Below, piece by piece: positions 48,201 to 55,167 of a stretch of 64,000 bases of DNA. Where the stretch lies: NCBI GenBank assembly GCA_039189765.1, contig JBCCYL010000022.1:1-64000 (forward strand), written 5' to 3'. A model generated the notes under the pieces. That model was not told where the DNA came from. It was given only the letters and a program-made list of their open reading frames with translations, and did no database searches. A program made the translations under genes and the position numbers. How positions within the stretch are numbered: position 1 is the stretch's first letter; the number at the start of each line of letters is the position of its first letter. Source of the stretch: Cyanobacteria bacterium P01_F01_bin.150 (GTDB lineage: Bacteria > Cyanobacteriota > Cyanobacteriia > CAKZMO01).

Positions 48201-49129
48201 AAGGTCACAGTGGTTGTCGTTTCTGCACCTTCTTCTTGTTTGACAAACACAGGGTCAAAAAGAAAATGTCTGGATTCAAGAGTATGAGCCTGTACATTTT
48301 TCAGCAGAACAATATCCTTTCCATCAAACTGAATCAGCGTATGCTTACCTTGCTGAACCAGGTCTAAATCAGAAAAACGACGGATATCGTTGGACACCGA
48401 AATACCCAAGAAATCTTGGCTGATCTTGAAATCTTGGATGACGTTACGATGTTGGGGTAAGCGACCATCTACAATCCAAAATTGGTCTCGCCCCTTCCCC
48501 CCCTTGAGCCGATTTTTGCCGTTGCCAGACCAGATGATATCCGCACCACGCCCTCCGTGAAGACGATCGCGCTTCCCTGCAACAAGAAAATCTTCTCCGG
48601 GTCCACCTTGGAGATTATTCTTACCCTTACCCTGTGACGAATCCAGGTAATCATTACCACCGTTACCAAGAAGCTTATCCTTGTGCTTTGCTAAGAGGTG
48701 ATCGTTATCACCTCCACCACTCAATCGATTGTTCCCTTTACCTTTCAGACTAATCAGATAATCTCTGTCGGCATTACCGTAGAGGCGATCGCCTCTACCA
48801 CCCAGTAACGTATCTCGACCTGACCCTCCAAAAAGATGGTTCCCGCCTTTACCTTTATGGGAGGTGAGGCGATCGTGACCACCATTGCCATAAACCCACT
48901 CCCCTTCATCTGCTCTTAGGACATCGCGTTTGGGAGAACCTTCTTTGCGACGGTCATTTGAGCTAGAAAGCGATCGGGCCACATTAGACTCAAACGCCAA
49001 GACATCCAGGTCATCAATTGACCTAGATTGAAGTGGATGATTTGTACCAGGGAGCGAGGTGTCAGGAGTAATCGCGTCGGTATTGGGCAAACCAGCGCGT
49101 TCGGCAAAATTATTATTGGAGGACTCCAT
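36269..49129 (-). CDS. Giant RHS/YD-repeat protein with RTX repeats, DUF4114, Calx-beta, cadherin/Ig, SdrD-B-like, interrupted vWA and PPC-like repeats
   Basis: N-terminal GGxGxD repeats; WEDLTGGGDRSFDDLV; TLTFAPGEVSKTI; DPDGD Ig repeats; DESRS MIDAS; YD repeats; RHS core YLRARYYDP...NNPIAYVDPSG; ~128-aa tip. Confidence 0.92.
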   Translation of the reverse strand: MESSNNNFAERAGLPNTDAITPDTSLPGTNHPLQSRSIDDLDVLAFESNVARSLSSSNDRRKEGSPKRDVLRADEGEWVYGNGGHDRLTSHKGKGGNHLFGGSGRDTLLGGRGDRLYGNADRDYLISLKGKGNNRLSGGGDNDHLLAKHKDKLLGNGGNDYLDSSQGKGKNNLQGGPGEDFLVAGKRDRLHGGRGADIIWSGNGKNRLKGGKGRDQFWIVDGRLPQHRNVIQDFKISQDFLGISVSNDIRRFSDLDLVQQGKHTLIQFDGKDIVLLKNVQAHTLESRHFLFDPVFVKQEEGAETTTTVTLVSRAAKLQNEMGIFFTDDAQGRIGDVMPGDPGYTAQALSQERRITAFRPDAPDGTEVNVTLQPNQFLGWYLIQDGTIEDLIATNPANRLNRDPIAFFSFADANPDGIGHLQYRSETELAWEDLTGGGDRSFDDLVFKVDFSFVGGEKIPQPPAPPKRPNLAVGDVEVTETNGTPLTAFIPVTLSQSSTQSITVEYQTIEGTAKNNSDYTSVSGTLTFAPGEVSKTIEVPIKGDTIPEAREQFEITLTNPINAALIDAKGTITITDNDPSIQQNQVPIADVNKTLTINEDVAPKALTIARPIDPDGDSLTITVNSLPEAVQGTVQLEDGRSVSVGQKLSLDELESLVFVPFANANGEAGIFSYSVEDSRGGSVSQSIALFIAPVNDAPSLIVPGAQDVLADTVLSLRGISISDEDVVDGDLELALSVSNGTLNIGETVGLTFSSGDGTADAIVVFRGTLAAINVALASLSYRSNAAFDGQDILNISVNDLGNTGVGGSLTDGKSVPINVAFVSPINTISGVVFVDNDSDSEFDASEVGQAGVNVFLDLNRNGFLNTGEPSQITDSDGQYRFEDVSDGSYLVWQEIPVGFEPTSADSFFKEVELLGDAALENVNFGNRKFIFPSGAATIQGLAWEDINADGIQNGLEEGLEEITIYLDLNQNRRLDRNEPTQVTGSDGTYRFTGLAAGSYDVRSVQKPGLSQTFPSAELFNVPGFAAPRLVPTAQRVILGEGEVVEDINFGNKKNTGEIRGQVWEDSNGNNVIDDGEPELAGITVYLDVDNDSQFDPDEASVLTNGEGQYRFRDLPENDYTVREVVPLEFGVTALDAPEYIALLAPGEVIEDINFGNQRFPDAENQAPEFISTPITEGTEDNEYSYQPIVIDPDNDSLTFTLLDGPQGLNLEPATGLLLWTPLSEQIGDVEITLQVSDDEGLTDTQTFTISVQEGLEINRSPMFISEPVQNFAVAIPNTVRGDVNPDFLNLSLDDNETFLGSVSISLPEQGDIGGSADIAFIIDESRSMTGEHDWLTNMVLELDIALEARGITDNRYSLIGYGGSNNDAGVRNITLRDQLDVQIYGPGNQLIDIQLADPAEFVLPSDGDYSVVLSNPREEAVSYDLSIDESSVDVAIPPSGLNEIISRSIVAGENQIITFDAPAGQRIWFDSISSTSGNIQGTLLAANGKIITTIKSDSDSGPLSLDQPGTYTLIMNGGTDGGDYSFQLIDMNSAPTMSLDAPITGTLDPATTKIFQLKGDIGQTVYFDSTTSFNLSKWTIYGPENTKTDSANIHDDLEVVLPADNLYWLVLENIHDEITNYQFKAITVEPEIINIQLNTVINGTVDEIGGIDLYTFEGQAGQGIWFDGLSAESIFGPGFELYTPEGDRLFFSSVVTNDSQILTLPNTGTYSLMIGGSDVVGDYSFQIIDADDSPTITIGSAFSGTLLKNSTQIYTLSGEAGQNLLFDNLNTTGFLPGLWSLYSPGNSKVLQDNRQVNNSLNQDFEVVLTADGDYHLVLTNLSSSDVDFLFQVKELINASVTPTGFNIVNGNSIGANETETFAFNALAGTQLWLDNLTTSSFSISANLTDPNGDVIFDNVRLASPDPNPYILETSGTYSFTVNGGTSGGDYSFRFLNLEEATPLNLDTPTDVALTLNGGTQLFQFEGTSGTHLFFDLDQDNASSTRGSWNLFYPGGGQANNIIDVNFRNDFNVVLPADGLYTLALENQSTEAISLRLEGVTPETQTRTLSFSETITGSLDEPGEIDRYTFSGIKGQKIWIDSLDRLSDDTTARLISPTGNSLFDDSGRPTSPTGIQNAASDQLLVGDIGPITLTEDGTYTLQIQSGDDVGNYSFRIDDISSAEVITDGDNLLGDISPSESQVFRFENAFGGNTLTFSPLAEKFYTNATQLSQQTEELRTDRGGVEDGYAALDVGLNLPFREDAARNLILITDESRDNTNPSLTFDVIRSRIQEQDVLLSTVINGQFKDENGVSALGVDANGTVYIPDDSGGFITSQNAEFIGPELISFGNTATIKEDYIDLVFSIDGAVWDLNQLREGGDIATSFTKAFVELQADEISEQFQIDVEASNTSILFENQTGTLSGIGPGETATFDIGITNEGTAESFEVLFTRPDSGFVLGSIPVVLNQSYFYPTLATDPDGDNLIYRLLQSPDDAVIDGATGAISWNPTAVGSYRFSVEVDDGRGGNAIQDFTVVVSAVNADNQAPTIISSPSTTELNANQFFTYNVDATDPDGDVLSYYITDGPRGLKIDPNTGEINWSPTDRQVGVSEVTIAVLDGKGKQATQQFDITVNETPQNLSPFFASSPQTTALPDETYQYQPIAIDPEGEAITYSLRDGSPTGMTIDATTGLIEWTPATDQEGQFPVIVFATDENGGRSVQSFLLTISTPDSGNGAGTTDSEIPIVSLGFSSNVIDIGEDLDLQVYAIDNESIASLVLEADGQPLSFTPETIANGTLHETTVQFGEAGLVDIVATATDNDGNVGTESLTVRVIDPSDITPPIVELDATAFETSGTVITSLTDIVGTISDENLEFYRLEIAPSNLVDLNNLYEPDPDYVVLAEGNTNIDNEVIGQIDPRSFANDNYFVRVIAGDVSGNINIQGLLLTLSSVNKPGHFSQEFVDLSIPLTGLPIEVTRTYNSFESNQQGDFGFGWSLGVQDARIQESVPVTDQNGASLFTSTPFKVGDAVTLTNPEGRRVTFTFEPEVTGANFFGPIWSPRFVPEPGVFDTLEVDDLPLSIRPDGSASLFLFSFPFNPSEYKLTTRDGTTYRYDQFNGLESVTDRNGNVLTYTDSGITSSTGQSITFVRDAQGRIDEIIDPSGKVIDYEYDVNGDLISVTDRNQKTTQLKYEDPDRAHYLTEIVDPLGRIGIRTEYNDQGQIERIIDANGNALDLDYDSIDSTQVVTDPFGNTTTFIFDERGNVEQEIDALGGITQRVFDDDNNLREETDPEGNITRYSYDERGNMLTATDPEGNTTSFTYNNFSQVLTEKNALGNITTNTYDIQGNLETREDAEGHITLYGYDENGFGLLTSITDANNNETRFEYDDYGNLRKLTDLAGATYRFTYDDNGNPEMLIDPLNNEFVTRYDNEGRVVERIDALNNVSRIEYNGFGDKIADIDALGNRTEYVYNDRGLLVATIFPDDTPDNPDDNDRITNTYDALDQLISVTNEAGQETRYEYDALGRQRFILYPDDTPNNPNDNPRIENVYDKAGRLIVSIDELGHRTTFDYDKAGNLILRRDALGYETRFIYDEANRLRFEIDALNRTTEFIYNKIGQQIEVRYADGTISRTTYDGLGNIKAAIDQEGNTTTFEYDERGRLIEVIDALDNTTTYSRDLLGNIQTQEDANGNVTTFEYDDLGQRTKMILPLGQESITTYDAVGNVKTVTDFNNETIEYDYDERNRLITTTLPDGEVEQFAYTPTGQLDTVTDALGFTNYEYDERDRLLSRENPDGRTIAYTYDDAGNILSLAVPSGTTSYTYDALNRIDTVTDPDGGETRYIYDDVGNLIQTDFANGVVESREYDSLNRLERLENKDSNGTVLSSYDYLLDAVGNRTQVTEADGRVVQYDYDVLYRLEQETIIPSGETTRTIEYRFDDVGNRLQRIDSVEGTTTYQYDENDRLFAEMLNDLTTEYRYDDDGNLTAKLQNGENQATYEWNAKGELIAVNINENGETGRIEYEYDHEGIRVSLNVNGEETRFLIDNNQQTYAQVIEEYTLNGDVQTSYVHGQDLISQENGGERSFYQVDGLGSSRILTNQNGVLTDTYNYDAFGQLIDQSGSTPNDYLFAGEQFDPNLDSYYLRARYYDPATGRFDSRDPFEGLNEQPLSLQDYIYGFNNPIAYVDPSGEVSILSTAIKGSVVLSLSGLIAGFISAPIDCPELNESGDEYVSATVGFVTGAALGGGVGAGLGWLLAGPLATTALASFAVGPLGIRRLAGAAGIFFSALQGNQKISPQVFINSVCELWGEIEGFRINR

Positions 49130-49686
49130 GTATTAAAAAGAAGAGAGGGCAGGGGAAATTGCAGGTCTTAACAAATCCGCAAACAGCACACTTGTGTCGT
49201 TTTTCGTGGCATTTACGTAGATATCAGGGGAACTTTTTCCATCAAATCTAGATCATTTATTAATTTTACGAATGCGCTCAAAGCTCTAGAACAGAAGTAT
49301 CTCATCTCAGAAAACCAAGCCAAGTCTTTTCGCTCAGCAAATTGTCCCTAAAACGTAAGCTACTATCCGAACGGCAAAAGCTTTAACAAAAGAATTTTAA
49401 GTCAGAGTATTATTTTTAACGTTTGATTTCATAATTACTTTGGAATCCGCCAATGGCAAAGAATAATCTAATGTCTTCCTTCAAACACTGAAGGCGAGTT
49501 TATCACTTCGGCAACCCACCAGTGAAACTGGAGCTACCATCAATACCGTCCACAAGTTCAAAGCGCTGATAGAGGAGTCTTAAGGTTACTTCTTGGGGTT
49601 TGACTTCATAGGTACTTTGGCATACAACAAAAACTGATGAACTAAAAGCACCAAACACAGACTTCACTAAAAATGCCTAAATCACG

Positions 49687-50670
49687 ATGATTGAAAACCG
49701 AGCTGATTATGACTCTCCCTGGAAGTTGGCAATTGAACGCTATTTCCAGGAATTTATGCAGTTTTTCTTTCCCCATCTAGCACCGGAGATTAACTGGAGA
49801 CAGGAACCTGAGTTTCTAGACAAAGACCTTCAGAAAATCGTCCGTGATGCCGATATTGGTCGTCGTTGGGCTGATAAGTTAGTCAAGGTCTGGCTCAAAG
49901 ATGGGTCTGAAACCTGGCTCCTCGTACATGTGGAAGTCCAAAGTCAATACCAGGCAGACTTTGCAGAGAGAATGTACGCCTATAATTATCGTCTGCAAGA
50001 CCGTTACGATAGACCAGTCGCAAGTTTGGCGGTACTCGCTGATGAGTCTGAACAGTGGAGACCACAGGGCTTTGAGCGAAAGGTATTGGGGTGTGAGTTA
50101 AGCTTCAGATTCCCGATGGTGAAACTGCTAGACTATGGGCAGCAGTGGTCCTCTTTGGAAGACAATCTCAATCGGTTTGCCACTGTAGTCATGGCCCACC
50201 TCAAAGCTCGTGAAACAAGGGAAGACCTGCTTAGTCGCAAGGATTGGAAGCTACGCTTAACACGGCGACTCTATGAACGGGGCTACGATAGGCAAGATAT
50301 TCTGGAGCTGTATCTGTTCATTGATTGGCTCATCGAACTACCTCAGCCCTTTGAGGAAGAATTTCAACAAGAGTTAGCCAAATTTGAGGGAGAAAAAGAG
50401 ATGCAATACATTTCAACTATTGAACGCCAAGGAATTGCAAAAGGTATTCAGCAGGGTCTACAACAAGGCATTGAACAGGGCGAGCGAGCAATCGTACTTC
50501 GTTTGCTCAACAAACGCTTCAGCGAATTATCAGACACCCTTATTGAGCAAGTCAACCAGATGTCTTCTGAGACTCTAGAGACATTGGGAGACGCATTACT
50601 AGATTTCCAAGGACAGGAAGACCTGGAGCAATGGCTTATCGCGCATGGAGAACAGAACACTCAAAATTAA
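49687..50670 (+). CDS. Rpn-family recombination-promoting nuclease/putative transposase with DUF4351-like tail
   Basis: DYDSPWK, ADKLVKV, HVEVQSQ, FAERMYAYNYRL; C-terminal LRLLNKRF...LETLGDALLDF. Confidence 0.88.
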   Translation: MIENRADYDSPWKLAIERYFQEFMQFFFPHLAPEINWRQEPEFLDKDLQKIVRDADIGRRWADKLVKVWLKDGSETWLLVHVEVQSQYQADFAERMYAYNYRLQDRYDRPVASLAVLADESEQWRPQGFERKVLGCELSFRFPMVKLLDYGQQWSSLEDNLNRFATVVMAHLKARETREDLLSRKDWKLRLTRRLYERGYDRQDILELYLFIDWLIELPQPFEEEFQQELAKFEGEKEMQYISTIERQGIAKGIQQGLQQGIEQGERAIVLRLLNKRFSELSDTLIEQVNQMSSETLETLGDALLDFQGQEDLEQWLIAHGEQNTQN

Positions 50671-50706
50671 CAACGAACTGTCGCCAGCCCCTTTATACTG
50701 AGAAGA

Positions 50707-50780
50707 TTTCAAACTCCCTTACAGTACAGGGAGGTAAGCCATTTCGATTCTCAGAACTCCCTGAAACAGTGATAGAGCCT
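50707..50780 (+). repeat. Dispersed ~70-bp degenerate repeat, copy 1 (copy 2 at 58581-58651)
   Basis: Shared CAGGG...AGCCATTTC.ATT.T.A.AA.TCCCTGAAA.AG.GATA.AGC. Confidence 0.55.
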
Positions 50781-50803
50781 CAGGGGATGAACTGGCCCGT
50801 AAA

Positions 50804-51829
50804 TCACTCAACACTATTGCCTGTTTTTTCTCCTTTTGACTCTATCGTTAACCGAATCCATTCCTGATCCGCCGCAAGTTGGGACTGTAGCGTTGCTGCT
50901 TGTTCTCTTAGTTGCTTTGTCTCTGCTTCTGCGGCCCTCGCATCTCCGGTAAGTTGCGCAATCGTTGTAGACTGCTCACGAACATAAGCCTCCAAATCAT
51001 CCTGTTTCTGCTGAGACTCAATCAGCGTTTGTCCCATACTTTCTACCTGAGCATTAGCTAAAGCTTCCGACTTCTCCACACTGAACACCTGCTTTTTCAA
51101 CTGCTCGACAGTCTCCTGTAAAGTATCCTCTTTTGATGCACTAGTTTTAAGCTGCTCAAGCACGTCAGCCATCTGTCCTTCAATACCAGCCTTCTGTTCA
51201 GTGAGCTGAATCACTTGAATAGCCTTTTCGTGATTGTCCTGTACCAGACCAGACGCTTTTCCACTTAATTCCTCATAGCGAAGTTTGAGTTCTTCAAGGC
51301 GTCCATTCAAAGTACTGACCTGCTGTTGCAATTCTTCGTTCTGGGCTTTGAGGGTTTTGCGCTCTGTTTCATGTTGCTGGAGATGGGCGATCGCCTCATC
51401 CCGTTGCTTTTCGGCAGCAACTACCCGCATCTCAGCTACCTCAAGTTGAGCTGCTGCGGCTTCCCAGGTGTCTCGACATTCAGTCGAGATCCACTTCTGG
51501 CTCATTTCCCATAATTGGTGAAGTAAATCGGTAAGTTCACCTGGTGGTGGTGGAAGAATTTCTCCTCCATCTTCGCTGCCAGCTTTGACTACATCATAAG
51601 CAGCCCGGACATCCTCAGACAGTTCCAATTCTTCACCAGCTTCTAGCGCCTTCCACAGATCGGCATACTTCTTCATGGTGGTATGAGACCCTCGGCCCAC
51701 CACCGCCTTAATGCGGGGGCCATTGATCACCTGATTCTCGGACTGAAGCGTAGCCGCTGCATAAAAACAGGCTAAGGCGGTCTGGTATTCAGTGCTTTGG
51801 GATAGTTCTGGGGCAGTATTTGTTTCCAT
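50804..51829 (-). CDS. KfrA-like plasmid DNA-binding coiled-coil protein
   Basis: GPRIKAVVGRGSHTTMKKYADLWK resembles KfrA_N; long heptad coiled coil; ACTGTAA repeats at 51831-51857 upstream. Confidence 0.75.
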   Translation of the reverse strand: METNTAPELSQSTEYQTALACFYAAATLQSENQVINGPRIKAVVGRGSHTTMKKYADLWKALEAGEELELSEDVRAAYDVVKAGSEDGGEILPPPPGELTDLLHQLWEMSQKWISTECRDTWEAAAAQLEVAEMRVVAAEKQRDEAIAHLQQHETERKTLKAQNEELQQQVSTLNGRLEELKLRYEELSGKASGLVQDNHEKAIQVIQLTEQKAGIEGQMADVLEQLKTSASKEDTLQETVEQLKKQVFSVEKSEALANAQVESMGQTLIESQQKQDDLEAYVREQSTTIAQLTGDARAAEAETKQLREQAATLQSQLAADQEWIRLTIESKGEKTGNSVE

Positions 51830-51943
51830 AACTGTAAATTTACACTGTAATTACAGTTTATAGCAATAATTATTGTGTAAATAACTGGACATTGAGAAAC
51901 AGCTTTATACATGATAAAAGTGCTTATCTTGGATAAGATTTTT

Positions 51944-53685
51944 CGGCGTATCGCATAAAGCGGGAAAAGATAAGCCTGAATAGGTCGTAGCAATCGGCAC
52001 ATATAGAAAAAACTCTGTGGTTTCCCCCAGAGTCATGTATCGTATCCCCAAAGCAAAAAATCAGGGAACGATGAGCATCACGATACGAGAAAGAGGCACG
52101 CTTGTCTTTGAAGCGCTTCAAAAAAAACAATGAACGGGATAGAGTCGATGGCTGAAGCCATCGGCATTAGTAAAAGTAGCGTTGCGCGTCAGAAAAAAGG
52201 CATTGAGCGTCGCAATCAATACCCTGAATCCCATTTATGGGAAAGCACCGAGGGCAGTGCATGGCTCAAGCTGATGGTGTGTGGGACGATCTTTTTCTTC
52301 GGCATCAAGCATGGCATCGGAGTGGGGGAGATATCTCAGTTTTTGAAAGCCTTACACCTAGAGCATCATGTGGGCTGTTCGCCTAGCGCGTTAGCGAGTT
52401 TGAAAACCCAGATGAAAGAGCAAATCGTGGCGTATGGAGAGGCCCAATCAGAGCATTGCCAGCCAAAAGAAGGTCAAGGGATTGTACTCGGCAGTGATGA
52501 AGTGTTTTTCGGCTTACCGATATTGGTGATGCTGGAATTAGCCAGTGGATACATCTTCAGCGAAACCCAATCAGAGGGGCGCAGCTATGAGGAGTGGAGC
52601 AAGGCCATTGCCCCCTGGAGTGAACAGTCCGGGTGGGTGTGTCATGGGATGGTAAGTGATGGGGCAAAAGCGTTGATCAAGTTAGCCATCGAGGGGATTG
52701 GCTGTGTGAGTGTGCCGGACCTATTTCATGCGATGCGCTCTCTGGGCAAGCCGATAGTCGGAGCACTGGGTCGTCAACAGGGGCAATTGAACAAGGCAAT
52801 AGCCAAGGCCAACGAGCGCTTAGGCAAGCGCATCAGTGCGGCTAATCGAGCGAAAACCCAAGAGGAAATCGTCGAACTCAAGGCCCAGCAAGAGACGCTC
52901 ACTGAGGATAAAACCAACTACGATGGGGCGATTCAAGCGATTAGCCAAATTCTCCATCCCTTTGACACAAAGACAGGGCAGTGGCAAACCTTCCAGACCC
53001 TAGAGCAGCAGTTGAGCAAACCGTTGGATCGATTAAAGAGGTTGGCGACCACCTATGGGGCAGACAAGGCCAGCAGCGCGATTGCTACCTTTAGTCAACA
53101 AGTCCCTCACATCACTCAAGGCATTCATGCGTGGTGGCATTGGGTGTTAGCTGCCCTAGTCACCCAAACCGACGATGTCCAGACCCAAAATTGGGTCATT
53201 GAATTGCTGTTGCCTTGGGTCTATTGGCAACAGCAAGCGGATAAAACTCAGCAGGCTGAGTTAAAAGAGGTGTATCGACAGGCAGCCGCAAATGCCGCTC
53301 AACGATTGCTGAACGATGCCTTTACTCTTTCCCTCACCCCCAAAGAGAAACAAACCTGGCTCGATTGGGCACGATGGATGGCCAACAATTATCAACGCAC
53401 CTCTTCTGCGGTAGAAGGCCGCAATGGCTATTTGACTCGCCTCCATCATTCTGGACGGGGCTTTTCAGCACTTGATTTATCGGTGCTCACTATTATTCAT
53501 AATTTTCATCTGACTCGCCCAGATGGCACCACGGCTGCTCAGCGTTTATTTGACCATGAGTTTCCGGCCATGTTTGAGTGGGTAGTTGAGCATATGGGCG
53601 ATCTTCCTTTGGCTCGTCAGTCTAAAAAAGCACAACGGTCAAATCCCTTTCACATAGAGGGGTTCCCGGCATAAGGTACACGTCG
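51944..53685 (+). mobile_element. Insertion sequence (DUF6399-type transposase) with imperfect terminal IRs and a 6-bp ATTTTT target duplication
   Basis: Left end CGGCGTATCGCATAAAGCGGGAA, right end TTCCCGGCATAAGGTACACGTCG; ATTTTT at 51938-51943 and 53686-53691. Confidence 0.7.
52130..53674 (+). CDS. Transposase (DDE-type, DUF6399-like)
   Basis: HTH AEAIGISKSSVAR, GSDEVFF, VSDGAKAL, PDLFHAM, RTSSAVEGRNG. The N-terminus probably begins at ATG 52071 in another frame. Confidence 0.82.
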   Translation: MNGIESMAEAIGISKSSVARQKKGIERRNQYPESHLWESTEGSAWLKLMVCGTIFFFGIKHGIGVGEISQFLKALHLEHHVGCSPSALASLKTQMKEQIVAYGEAQSEHCQPKEGQGIVLGSDEVFFGLPILVMLELASGYIFSETQSEGRSYEEWSKAIAPWSEQSGWVCHGMVSDGAKALIKLAIEGIGCVSVPDLFHAMRSLGKPIVGALGRQQGQLNKAIAKANERLGKRISAANRAKTQEEIVELKAQQETLTEDKTNYDGAIQAISQILHPFDTKTGQWQTFQTLEQQLSKPLDRLKRLATTYGADKASSAIATFSQQVPHITQGIHAWWHWVLAALVTQTDDVQTQNWVIELLLPWVYWQQQADKTQQAELKEVYRQAAANAAQRLLNDAFTLSLTPKEKQTWLDWARWMANNYQRTSSAVEGRNGYLTRLHHSGRGFSALDLSVLTIIHNFHLTRPDGTTAAQRLFDHEFPAMFEWVVEHMGDLPLARQSKKAQRSNPFHIEGFPA

Positions 53686-55167
53686 ATTTTTCAGAGGGGA
53701 CTTTTTTGATTTTTGGGGACAAAAGAAAGTGCTAAGAATAAAGCCGTGGAAAGTAGTGCAACTAAATTATTGATAGGGGATATTGAAGTGACTTGTTTAA
53801 TAAAGCCTTAACTCCATAACGATAAACAGTACTATCACGCTAATCAACCACACCATCAAGATCACTTTCTTCTTCAATCTGAGTATTTAACCCAATCATT
53901 TCATACGTACAAACTACAAATAACAGCAACACTATGGCAACATAGCCCCTATCTTTATGAGATCTACTCTCTACATAAGTAGGATGAGAGTCACCATCAA
54001 AGTTCGTTTCAGTAGCTATAGTACAAGCACTTATCGCACTATTATCTTCATCTACCTGAACAATAAAAAAGACGACCGAGGTAGAAAGCTCAATCGAAAT
54101 GAATTCTGGTACAAGAAGGCAAGGTAAACTGCGCGCAACCGAGAAAATTCCTTTGTATCGATCTAATCATTGAAGAGGGAAGAAGGCTTTTCAGGCCCAT
54201 GTCTTCTAAATGTATAAAATCACACATTCATTATAGATTAAAATGCAAAATATCTAAAAATATAGGACTTCAAACAGGCGAATAGCTTTACTCACGAGTC
54301 AACAGCCTTACTGATTAATTTATTCTGTCATCTAAAACATCAGGGGAATTAATGTTTTGTTCAAAAAATCTGATGCAGGTTTATCACATAAAAGTCTAGA
54401 GAATCAAATCATACAAGGGTTTCAGGGACTTCTATAGTAAGTAGAGTAAGCTTGGTAAGCGAAGAAATATTAACATTCTCCGGAATAATCTACAAAGATC
54501 AGGAAATATACATGAAAGAGATGTATATTTTATATATATAGTGGTTAATGAGATAAATATAGGACATCACATACTACTATTCCAAGCTCCATCCTAAGCC
54601 TATAGGCAAGCTTTCATTTCAACAGCTTTTTTCCGTAACAATTACCTTTCTAAAGTTTCCCCCCAACATCCCCCTACCATGAACACGTTGATCTCAACAA
54701 CTTCTCTAATTTTCACAGATCGCTCTCACGTTTCAGTCATCCTTATAGGTAAGAAAACCCAATTCACAACAGGGAAAAGTTTTCTCGTTGAAGCACGATC
54801 CGTAAAATCAAGTTCGGCCTGATTTCACTAATGATGATGAACTACTGGCCCAATCAGATTACCAGCAGCTCAACATCAATGAAAATAAAATTTGCATCAA
54901 GCTCCTAAGTATCAAACGACAGTTGCTGAGATTATATTATTCAATCTCAGTAAGTTTGATGTTATTTAATTCCATTTCCTTGATGCTCATCTCATAAAAT
55001 CATCGGAATAAAGCCCTTCTCTTCACACCTTATGTATTGAATAAAAAGTAGTAAAAAAGGATTTTTAAATGCTAGATTAGACTCATTTTTTAATTTCAGA
55101 CCACTTTTGACATTCGACAAGGTTTTCCAACAACAATAGCCATAAAAGAAAAGGAAGATTTAAAGCT

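Noticed and set aside
36901..49107. Many antisense and alternate-frame ORFs inside the RHS gene, and similar ones inside other long genes
   Set aside because: Shadows of the long coding frame with no independent evidence.
49140..49680. Possible c-di-GMP riboswitch upstream of the RHS gene (GGCAAA motifs)
   Set aside because: The GEMM P1/P2 architecture could not be built, and the motifs lie on the strand opposite the RHS gene.
53700..55160. Long intergenic region after the IS
   Set aside because: I could not recognise any convincing ORF, repeat array or stable structure by eye.
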